In this document: one piece after another, positions 30,269-37,756 of the stretch
How positions within the stretch are numbered: the stretch's first letter is position 1
Layout of the letters: every line of letters begins with the position of its first letter
Source of the DNA: an uncultured delta proteobacterium
Lineage (GTDB): Bacteria; Desulfobacterota; Syntrophia; Syntrophales; UBA2192
Direction of reading: 5' to 3'
Assembly (NCBI GenBank): GCA_963705165.1
Contig: CAVPJD010000030.1
Location: forward strand, 1-64,000
DNA length: 64,000 nucleotides
Program-made: the position numbers and the translations under genes
Notes under the pieces: generated by a model
Database searches by the model: none
The model's input: only the letters and a program-made list of their open reading frames with translations
Told to the model about the DNA's origin: nothing

Positions 30269-31363
30269 TCATTTCTTTCTCTTGTAAAACGGTAACGGCA
30301 CCACGTTCGCCTTTACCCTCTGGTTGCGGATCTCGATCTCCAGCGCAGTGCCCGGCTCTTTGAATGCAACGGGAACGAAGGCAAGTCCGATGGCCTTTCC
30401 GAGCGTTGGCGAGAAGGTCCCCGAGGTGACCTCGCCGATTTTCTCCCCGGCGGCCCAGACGGGGTATCCGTGCCGGGCAATGCCGCGATCGATCAGCTCG
30501 AAACCGATCAGCTTCTTCCGGACCCCTTGCTCCTTCTGTTTTTTCAGCGCCTCCCGGCCGATGAAGTCTTTTTCCAGGTCGGTGACCCACCCGTAGACAA
30601 CCTCGTAGGGAGTTACGGTCTGGCACATCTCATGGCCGAAGAGCATCATCCCCGCCTCGAGCCGGAGGGTGTCCCGTGCCCCGAGCCCTGCGGGCTTGAT
30701 GCCGTGCGAATCGCCGATGCTGAGCAGCAGGTCCCATATCTCGCCGACCCGGGCTGCTGTCGTGTACACCTCGAAACCGTCCTCGCCGGTGTAGCCGCTT
30801 CGTGAAACAAGGGCGGGTATCCCGGCCACTCGCGTGTCGATGGCGTGGTAGAACCGAAGCGCAGCCAGATTCCCTTCGACGATCTCGGAGAGGATCTTCT
30901 GGGCGATCGGCCCCTGGATGTCGATCTTGCCTGTGGCCTCGGAGAGATCCGTCACGTCCGCCTTCGAAAATCCCTTCTCCTGCTTTGCCTTGAGGATCCA
31001 TTCCATGTCGCCTTCCCGGGTTGAGGCGTTGGTTACAACCATGTAATGATCATCACCCTTCTTGTACACCGTCACATCGTCGATGATCCCGCCTTTTGGG
31101 TTGGTGATCGCCGAGAGCTTCATCTCCCCGATCTGCTGCGCTGCGAGGTTGCGGCTCATCACCCACTGGAGGAGCTCCAGGGCCTGGTGCCCCCTGACCT
31201 CGATTTCTCCCATGTGGCAGACATCGAAAAGTCCCGCCAGGGTGCGGGTGTTTCTGTGCTCGTCGATGACGCCCGAATACTGGACAGGCATTGCCCATCC
31301 GCCGAACTCGGTCATCGTGGCACCCAGAGCCAGATGCCGCTCGTAAAGCGATGTCTTTTTCAT
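30269..31363 (-). CDS. gcvT: Glycine cleavage aminomethyltransferase T
   Basis: FGGWAMPVQY, SGYTGEDGFE, GLGARDTLRLEAG. Confidence 0.98.
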   Translation of the reverse strand: MKKTSLYERHLALGATMTEFGGWAMPVQYSGVIDEHRNTRTLAGLFDVCHMGEIEVRGHQALELLQWVMSRNLAAQQIGEMKLSAITNPKGGIIDDVTVYKKGDDHYMVVTNASTREGDMEWILKAKQEKGFSKADVTDLSEATGKIDIQGPIAQKILSEIVEGNLAALRFYHAIDTRVAGIPALVSRSGYTGEDGFEVYTTAARVGEIWDLLLSIGDSHGIKPAGLGARDTLRLEAGMMLFGHEMCQTVTPYEVVYGWVTDLEKDFIGREALKKQKEQGVRKKLIGFELIDRGIARHGYPVWAAGEKIGEVTSGTFSPTLGKAIGLAFVPVAFKEPGTALEIEIRNQRVKANVVPLPFYKRKK

Positions 31364-31424
31364 GGGAAGCTCCTGTCGGATAGCCGGTGCGGCATGAGGG
31401 AATAGAGAGGGGGGAAGGGTTTTC

Positions 31425-31785
31425 GGGGCCGGTCGGTGATCGACCGCCCCCCGGTACCAATGCCCTCGCAGAGGCCTGCAGGGGCCGCCAGAGGGGACAG
31501 GTGGAACTTCGGGCTTGCCGGAACGCGCTGCGTCGTCATAGCTGCCGTTTGCCTGTGTTGTGTGCTGACCCGATTGATTGCCGGGTCTCCCCGGGCAATT
31601 GCATGATGAGAATGGACCGTGCTTTTCTTGCGAATCTGTTCGCTGACACTACACTAAACACGGGGAGATTTCAACACGGATGTCGCCTTCGCCAATCAGG
31701 GCTTTCAGCCTGCCGCGTCGCGGGGAACCCTGTTGGCTCGAACCTCCGGGGGACAGGAAGATAAAAAATTCAGTAGAATTTTTCC
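31425..31785 (-). ncRNA. Candidate structured 5' leader RNA of the gcv operon (unclassified)
   Basis: Multiple stems with G-U pairs only on the minus strand; long-range 31746-31756/31444-31454 helix competes with hairpin 31425-31450. Confidence 0.4.
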
Positions 31786-31935
31786 TCCAATTGTATTAAA
31801 CGAGCAGGATAGTTTACATTTTTCTTGAGGAATCGGGTTTTTCGACATCAGGTTCCGGGTTCGGGCCTGTCGGAACAAAACCGTAACCCCCTGTTTCCTC
31901 AAGGAGGCGCGCGAACGTGCCGGGAGAGGTTCATT

Positions 31936-33249
31936 ATGAGATTCGACATCGCCAAGAGGGGAAACGGGCTCACTTACGAAATCCGCAACATCGTCGGGGT
32001 GGCAAACCGGCTCAAGGCCTGCGGCATGGAAGTGACCTGGGAGAACATCGGGGATCCCGTCCAGAAGGGGGAGCTCATCCCGGACTGGATGAAGGAGGTC
32101 ATCGTTGAGACCGTCCGGGACAACAAATCCTACGGCTATTCCCCCACGCAGGGGGTGGACGAGACGCGGGAGTTCCTGGCCGGGCTTGTCAACAAGCGCG
32201 GCAAGACCCAGATTACCCCGGACGACATCCTGTTTTTCAACGGGCTTGGCGATGCCATTGCACGATGCTACAGCGCGATCCGCGTGGACGCCCGGGTGAT
32301 CCTCCCCGAACCGACCTACTCCACCCATTTCCTGGCCGAGGTGCTCCACGCCTCGTTCCCGCCCAACACCTACCGGATGAACCCCTATCACAAGTGGCAC
32401 CCGGACATGAACGAGCTGGAGCTGAAGGTGAAGAGCCACAAGGCCATCGTGGGGATCCTCGTCATCAACCCCGACAACCCCACAGGGTTTGTCTACCACG
32501 AAGAGACGTTGAAACGGATTGTCCGTATCGCCAAGGAGAACGACCTCTTTCTCATCTTCGACGAGACCTACATCAACATGGTCTACAACGGGAAGATCGC
32601 CGTTCCGCTTTCCGACATCGTCGAGGATGTCCCGGCCATGAGCATGAAGGGCATCTCCAAGGAGTTCCCCTGGCCGGGGGCCCGCTGCGGCTGGATCGAA
32701 TTCTACAACGCCGACAAGGACGAGACCTTCCAGCGCTACACCAGCGCCATCCTGCAGCAGAAGATGTCCGAGGTGTGCTCGACCACGCTTCCCCAGATGA
32801 CGATCCCGAAGATCATGACCCACCCGGAATATGAAAAGTATCTCAACACCCGGATCCGGCGCTATGAGAAGCTCTCGAACCTGGCCTTTAATATTTTGAA
32901 AAATGTGCCCTACATCGTCGTGAACCGCACGGACGGCGCCTTCTACATGACCGTTGTCTTCAACGAGGCCGTGCTGAACAACAAGCAGACCCTCCCGATC
33001 GAGAGCTCGGAGATCAGGCAGTTCATCGAAAAGCTCACCTCCGACAACATCGAGCTCGACAAACGCTTTGTTTACTACCTGCTGGGCTCGACGGGCATCT
33101 GCGTCGTGCCGCTGACGTCCTTCTTCACGCCGCTTCTGGGCTTCCGCCTCACGCTGCTGGAAACCGACGAAGACCGCTTCGAGTCCACCGTGAAGACGCT
33201 CGCCGAAAAGATCGTCGAATACATCGATTCGACGAAACGGACGGCGTAA
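31936..33249 (+). CDS. Class I/II PLP aminotransferase (AlaA-like)
   Basis: NIGDP, INPDNPTG, FDETY, GISKEFPWPGARCGW; start ATG 31936. Confidence 0.92.
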   Translation: MRFDIAKRGNGLTYEIRNIVGVANRLKACGMEVTWENIGDPVQKGELIPDWMKEVIVETVRDNKSYGYSPTQGVDETREFLAGLVNKRGKTQITPDDILFFNGLGDAIARCYSAIRVDARVILPEPTYSTHFLAEVLHASFPPNTYRMNPYHKWHPDMNELELKVKSHKAIVGILVINPDNPTGFVYHEETLKRIVRIAKENDLFLIFDETYINMVYNGKIAVPLSDIVEDVPAMSMKGISKEFPWPGARCGWIEFYNADKDETFQRYTSAILQQKMSEVCSTTLPQMTIPKIMTHPEYEKYLNTRIRRYEKLSNLAFNILKNVPYIVVNRTDGAFYMTVVFNEAVLNNKQTLPIESSEIRQFIEKLTSDNIELDKRFVYYLLGSTGICVVPLTSFFTPLLGFRLTLLETDEDRFESTVKTLAEKIVEYIDSTKRTA

Positions 33250-33279
33250 GGTTCCGAAATCAAGGAAACAGTCAAACGA

Positions 33280-33317
33280 AAGCCCCCGCGATCCACTGAT
33301 CCCGGGGGCTTTTTCTT
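33280..33317 (+). terminator. Rho-independent terminator
   Basis: aagccccc...gggggctt followed by T tract. Confidence 0.7.
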
Positions 33318-33318
33318 G

Positions 33319-33350
33319 CCCTGTACCCTATACCCGTTACCCTGGACCCG
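33319..33350. repeat. Degenerate 7-mer tandem repeat (CCC type)
   Basis: ccctgta ccctata cccgtta ccctgga. Confidence 0.7.
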
Positions 33351-33474
33351 CAGGCTGTTCAAGCGTTCCTGGATGCAAGGCCTCCGCAGTCCCGAGGAGC
33401 GGAGGCGTACTTGAGCGTACGTCGAGCGACGAGGGACAAGGGAACGCCGCAGACGAGTACGCTTCAACAGCCTG
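33351..33474. mobile_element. MITE-like palindromic element
   Basis: CAGGCTGTT...AACAGCCTG terminal inverted repeats; internal CGTAC-ttgagc-GTACG hairpin; terminus shared with 11490-11521. Confidence 0.75.
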
Positions 33475-34251
33475 TCAGCGGTCTTTCCATACGGGCTTGC
33501 GCTTCTCCAAAAACGCCGCGACCCCTTCCTTGCCGTCCTCCGTGAAGAAGTTGTTCACGATGACGTTCGACGCGAGATCGTAGGCCGCCGGGTCGGGCAG
33601 GTTGACCTGGGTGTAGAAGGCCTGCTTGCCGATCGCCAGGCACGAGAGGCTCGCCCGAGCGATGTGCCGGGCCAGTTCCATTGTCTCCTCCTCGAGCCTC
33701 TCAACGGAGACAACGCGGTTGATGAGATTCCACTGCTCAGCCTCGCGGGCGCTGATCAGCCGAGCTGTGAAGAGCATCTCCAGGGCGCGCTTGCGGCCCA
33801 CGGCCCGGACGATGGACACGGCAGGCGAGGAGCAGAAGACACCGATGTTGACCCCCGGGGTCCCGAACCGGGCCCCCTCCTCGGCCACGGCAAGGTCGCA
33901 GGCCGCCACGAGCTGGCAGCCCGCCGCCGTGGCGATCCCCTGGACTTGGGCGATCACGGGCTGGGGCAGGCGCTGGAGCCGCAGCATCATCTCCGAGCAC
34001 GTCGAGAACATCGTATTGCAGACGGTGATCTCCTTTCCCGCCAAATCGGCGAGGTCATGGCCCGCGCAGAAGTTCTTGCCGGCGGCCCTGACGACGAGCA
34101 CCTTCACCTCACGGCTTGCCGCGATGCCAGCGAGAAAGCCGTTCATCTCCCCGATCAGGGCGATCGAAAGGGCGTTATTTTTCCCCGGACGATTCAGCGT
34201 GACGATGCCGACGGAATCGACCTTTTCGAAGGTGATGTTCTGAAATTCCAT
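33475..34251 (-). CDS. Enoyl-CoA hydratase/isomerase family protein
   Basis: FCAGHDL, ATAAGCQLVAACDL, EKRKPVW; GGAGG RBS. Confidence 0.94.
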   Translation of the reverse strand: MEFQNITFEKVDSVGIVTLNRPGKNNALSIALIGEMNGFLAGIAASREVKVLVVRAAGKNFCAGHDLADLAGKEITVCNTMFSTCSEMMLRLQRLPQPVIAQVQGIATAAGCQLVAACDLAVAEEGARFGTPGVNIGVFCSSPAVSIVRAVGRKRALEMLFTARLISAREAEQWNLINRVVSVERLEEETMELARHIARASLSCLAIGKQAFYTQVNLPDPAAYDLASNVIVNNFFTEDGKEGVAAFLEKRKPVWKDR

Positions 34252-34406
34252 TTCGGTCCCTCCTGTGGTCAAAAGATGGTTGCGATGTCCCAGTCCTTGA
34301 CGGGTGCCCTTCTATGGGATAAAAAAGAACCCTGTGAAGGGCCCTGACTGGAGCCACGTTTCACATATCGGGTGGCCGGGGCATTGTCAACAGGAGATCC
34401 AACAAA

Positions 34407-35543
34407 ATGAACAGATCGGGGGTTTGCATGAGCGATTCCGTCCTTTTCCAGTCCGCGCAGATCGGTTCCCTGAAACTGCCCAACCGTTTCGTCCGTTCGG
34501 CCACCTGGGAGGGTCTCGCAGCGCCCGACGGCAGCTGCACCGATGAGCTTGTCCGGCTCATGGAAGGGCTTGCCGAAGGAGGGGTGGGGCTCGTCATCTC
34601 GAGCCATGCCTTTGTCAGGCCCGAGGGGGTTGCGGTGCGGGGCCAGCTCGGCATTCACCGCGACGATCTCATTGACGGGCTTGCCCGGATGGCGGATGCC
34701 GTTCATGGCAAGGGCGGCAGGATCGTCCTGCAGCTTGCCCACGGAGGCCTTCTGGCCGGCACGCAGCTCACGGGGAAGCCGGCGCTGGCCCCGTCGCTTG
34801 AAGGCGGCCCCGAGAAGACGCGGCGTCGCGAGATGACGGAGGCGGACATCGCAGACACGATCAGGGCCTACGGCGAGGCGGCCCTTCGGGCAAAGAAGGC
34901 CGGCTTCGACGGGGTTCAGATCCATGCCGCCCACGGCTATCTGCTCAACCAGTTCCTCTCCCCCTGGTTTAACCGCCGCTCCGATCGCTGGGGCGGCACG
35001 ATCGAAAACAGGACCCGGATCGTTCTGGACATCCTCGCCTCGGCGAGGAATGCCACGGGCGGAGATTACCCCATCCTGGCGAAGATGAATTCCGAGGATT
35101 TCCTGGAAGGGGGCCTCGCGAGGGAAGATTCGCTGCAGGCGGCGCTCATGATCGCCGCCGCCGGTGCCGATGCCATCGAGCTTTCCGGCGGAACCCTTCT
35201 TTCGGGCAAGCTCAGCCCGTCGCGCTCGAAGATCGATTCCGTCGAACAGGAGGCCTACTTCCGGGATGCCGCGCGGGCCATCAAGGCGAAGCTGAACATT
35301 CCCCTGGCTCTCGTGGGCGGTATCCGCTCCTTCGAGGTGGCCGAGGGCCTCGTGAAGGAAGGCATCGCGGATTTTGTTTCCATGAGCCGCCCCTTCATCC
35401 GGGAGCCGGGCCTTGTCAACCGGTGGAAAAGCGGCGACCGCAGCAGGGCGACCTGCCTGTCCGACAACCGCTGCTTTGGCCCCCCCATGCGCGGGACGGG
35501 TTTTTATTGCGTCGTGGACAGGGAGGGAAAAGAAGGAAGATAG
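34407..35543 (+). CDS. NADH:flavin oxidoreductase (Old Yellow Enzyme family)
   Basis: NRFVRSAT, QLAHGG, GFDGVQIHAAHGYLL, SRPFIREP. Confidence 0.94.
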   Translation: MNRSGVCMSDSVLFQSAQIGSLKLPNRFVRSATWEGLAAPDGSCTDELVRLMEGLAEGGVGLVISSHAFVRPEGVAVRGQLGIHRDDLIDGLARMADAVHGKGGRIVLQLAHGGLLAGTQLTGKPALAPSLEGGPEKTRRREMTEADIADTIRAYGEAALRAKKAGFDGVQIHAAHGYLLNQFLSPWFNRRSDRWGGTIENRTRIVLDILASARNATGGDYPILAKMNSEDFLEGGLAREDSLQAALMIAAAGADAIELSGGTLLSGKLSPSRSKIDSVEQEAYFRDAARAIKAKLNIPLALVGGIRSFEVAEGLVKEGIADFVSMSRPFIREPGLVNRWKSGDRSRATCLSDNRCFGPPMRGTGFYCVVDREGKEGR

Positions 35544-35625
35544 GAGGATAAGAAGCGCGGAAGAGCGGATAAGGGAAAGGGTCTTTATTTTTCTGCTCTT
35601 CCTAACTTCCGCTCTTCTTCACTTC
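35535..35625. repeat. Inverted 8-mer tandem-repeat hairpin between convergent genes
   Basis: gaagatag gaggataa gaagcgcg gaagagcg ... ctcttcct aacttccg ctcttctt cacttc; overlaps both stop codons. Confidence 0.8.
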
Positions 35626-36036
35626 TTTCTTTTCACGGAGGCGGTGATAGCCCAGGGCCTGCCCGGTGGCGACGAGTGTGCCCGAGGCACCGCGCACGTC
35701 TACGGTCCAGAGGCTGAGGGACTTCTTGATGTCAACGGGTTTTGCCTCGGCCGTGATGCGCTCCCCCGGGGTTGCGGCTGCGAGGTAATTGATCTTCAGC
35801 TCCACGAGCAGGACGTCGTATTCCATCGAGTTTGCGGCCACGGCGGACGCTTGGTCGATCATGGCAGAGAGGATCATCCCGTGGGCCCGGTTGTGGGCAT
35901 TGAGGTATTCGGGGTTGATCACGACGGAAAGACGGGAATAGGCCCGTCGGACCTCCTCGAGCCGGATTCCCAGGAAGGCGGCCATGGGGTCCTTGGCGAC
36001 GACTTCTTTCGCGTATTGAACATGCGGGTCATCCAT
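35602..36036 (-). CDS. PaaI-family hotdog-fold thioesterase
   Basis: LNAHNRAHGM...IDQA, LKINYL; GAGGAG RBS before ATG 36036. Confidence 0.9.
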   Translation of the reverse strand: MDDPHVQYAKEVVAKDPMAAFLGIRLEEVRRAYSRLSVVINPEYLNAHNRAHGMILSAMIDQASAVAANSMEYDVLLVELKINYLAAATPGERITAEAKPVDIKKSLSLWTVDVRGASGTLVATGQALGYHRLREKKEVKKSGS

Positions 36037-36039
36037 GAG

Positions 36040-36143
36040 ATGGCTCCTCTTTTCCTCGCTTCTGCTCTTCCGAGCTTCACGGACTTGAAGTCGAAATATG
36101 AACACAAGGCGTATGCCGGGATGCGCCTCCCGTCAACAGCCTG
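36040..36143 (-). mobile_element. Left half of the MITE-like 8-mer element
   Basis: Minus strand ggctgttgacgggaggcgcatcccg...gaagctcggaagagcagaagcgagg matches 11326 and 12716 copies. Confidence 0.7.
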
Positions 36144-36146
36144 AGG

Positions 36147-36698
36147 TCAGTCCAGGTCGTATTCGAACTTCGCCACGATGTGCAGCGTCGACAGGCTGAA
36201 GGTTTCCGGGAAAGGGGCGTAGGGGGCCGCGGCCTGCACGACGGCGAGCGCCCCCCGGTCCAGTGACTCGAAACCGGATGACGAGACAATGCCGGTTGCC
36301 GCAAGGGTGCCGTCGTTCTGAATGGAGAAACGAACGACTGCCGTTCCCGTTTCGCTTCGCGAGTAGGCATCCTGGGGGTAGGCCCACAGGGACTCAATCC
36401 TGCGCCGCAGATCACGCAGGTAGGCGCGGTACTTCCCGGAGGGGTTTGCGAGATCAACCGTTTCCTCGGGGCCCGTGGCCGGTTCCTTGTGGGGCTTGTC
36501 GAGGGAGACTTCCTTTTTGCTTTCCGCCTTTCGGCTGTCGTCGGCTTCTTTCTTGGGCAGATCGGCCAGCTGGACCGTGAAGGTCTCAAAGGGAAGCGAG
36601 GAGCCGCCGGAGATCAGCATTCCCGCCAGGGACAGGAAGGCCACGTGGAAGGCGCAGGAGGCAAGGATGAAGCGGAGCAGAACTTTCTTGGTAATCAT
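36147..36698 (-). CDS. TonB C-terminal domain protein
   Basis: N-terminal TM with S-x3-H, WAYP..A, SSGFESLDRGAL, APYAPFP. Confidence 0.88.
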   Translation of the reverse strand: MITKKVLLRFILASCAFHVAFLSLAGMLISGGSSLPFETFTVQLADLPKKEADDSRKAESKKEVSLDKPHKEPATGPEETVDLANPSGKYRAYLRDLRRRIESLWAYPQDAYSRSETGTAVVRFSIQNDGTLAATGIVSSSGFESLDRGALAVVQAAAPYAPFPETFSLSTLHIVAKFEYDLD

Positions 36699-36789
36699 CT
36701 CAACTCACCCCGGTAGAGGACCCTTTATAGTCAACAGTTTGAAATAAAGCAAGTTTGCTGCCAATCCGGCAGCCGTTGCAGGATGCGCC

Positions 36790-37242
36790 ATGGATCGCGA
36801 TGAAAAATTCATGAGGCTTGCCCTCGCCGAGGCCGAAAAAGCCCTTCAGGCGGGCGAGGTGCCCGTGGGTGCCGTCGTCGTTCGGGGCGGCGAGGTCATC
36901 GCCTCGGCCCACAACGGGCCTGTCGGTCTCAAGGACCCCTCGGCCCACGCCGAGATCCTCGCCCTGCGCAGGGCCGCCGCCGCGGAGGGGAACTACCGCC
37001 TTGCGGGCACGACGCTCTACGTGACGATCGAGCCCTGCCTCATGTGCGCAGGCGCCCTCATCCACGCCCGTGTTTCACGGCTCGTATTCGGGGCAACCGA
37101 CCCCAAGGGCGGAGCCGTTGTTTCTCTTTACGGGGTGTTGCAGGACGGCCGCCTCAATCACCGGGTGGAGGCTACCGGGGGGGTCCTCCGGGAGGCATGT
37201 AGCGAAATTTTGAGTAGATTTTTCCGCGAAAAACGATTATGA
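36790..37242 (+). CDS. tadA: tRNA adenosine(34) deaminase
   Basis: EVPVGA, AHAE, EPCLMC, DPKGG, FFRE. Confidence 0.96.
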   Translation: MDRDEKFMRLALAEAEKALQAGEVPVGAVVVRGGEVIASAHNGPVGLKDPSAHAEILALRRAAAAEGNYRLAGTTLYVTIEPCLMCAGALIHARVSRLVFGATDPKGGAVVSLYGVLQDGRLNHRVEATGGVLREACSEILSRFFREKRL

Positions 37243-37256
37243 AACGGTCAGTAAGC

Positions 37257-37351
37257 GGAGAGATACCGAAGTGGTCGTAACGGGACCGACTCGAAATCGG
37301 TTTGAGGGCTTAACAGCTCTCACGGGGGTTCGAATCCCCCTCTCTCCGCCA
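37257..37351 (+). tRNA. tRNA-Ser(CGA)
   Basis: GGAGAGA/TCTCTCC acceptor, anticodon loop CT-CGA-AA, long variable arm, GTTCGAATC, encoded CCA. Confidence 0.97.
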
Positions 37352-37443
37352 TTTCTATATCTGCCGGGCCTTTCTTTGTTTGCGCTCCTCTGATCTTCTG
37401 CTCCTCCGATCGTCACCGACGGAAAACGGTCCATTTTTCGCAA

Positions 37444-37567
37444 GCGTCTCAGCGGGATGCAGCTCTATCAGCCGCCCATAACCCTTCAAGATGGGTATGG
37501 ACAAAGGTCAGGGAAACTGGTAAGAGACGCCCTAATGAAAAGAGGGCTCCCGTCGGGGGCCCCTCTT
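37444..37567 (+). ncRNA. Candidate cloverleaf-like structured RNA plus downstream hairpin
   Basis: GCGTCTC/GAGACGC closes three arms; strong hairpin at 37540-37567. Confidence 0.35.
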
Positions 37568-37586
37568 CGCTGAAACGGGAAATTGC

Positions 37587-37681
37587 GGAGAGATGCCAGA
37601 GCGGCCGAATGGGCACGACTGGAAATCGTGTGTGCGCCCTATAAAGGTGCACCGGGGGTTCGAATCCCCCTCTCTCCGCCA
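37587..37681 (+). tRNA. tRNA-Ser(GGA)
   Basis: GGAGAGA/TCTCTCC acceptor, anticodon loop CT-GGA-AA, long variable arm, encoded CCA. Confidence 0.97.
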
Positions 37682-37756
37682 GAAAATAAAGAAACGGCGG
37701 CGATCGGTTGTTGCCAGCCGTTTTTCTTTCCCGGGGCCCGGGGTGCGGTTACCGTC

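Noticed and set aside
31425..31760. tmRNA, 6S RNA or RNase P call (GGGGCCG..TCGAC start; TTCGAGCCAACA)
   Set aside because: No tRNA-like 3' end, no 6S pairing partner or rod structure, no GAGGAAAGTCC core.
37524..37580. Hammerhead ribozyme (CTAATGA-stem-GAAA)
   Set aside because: Core deviates from CUGANGA, and no NUH cleavage site or stem III can be formed.
37583..37756. Extended N-termini in the ORF track (thrC, dnaA, 12180 ORF, 57402 ORF)
   Set aside because: They overlap a tRNA, repeats or opposite-strand genes; downstream starts fit RBS and family N-termini better.
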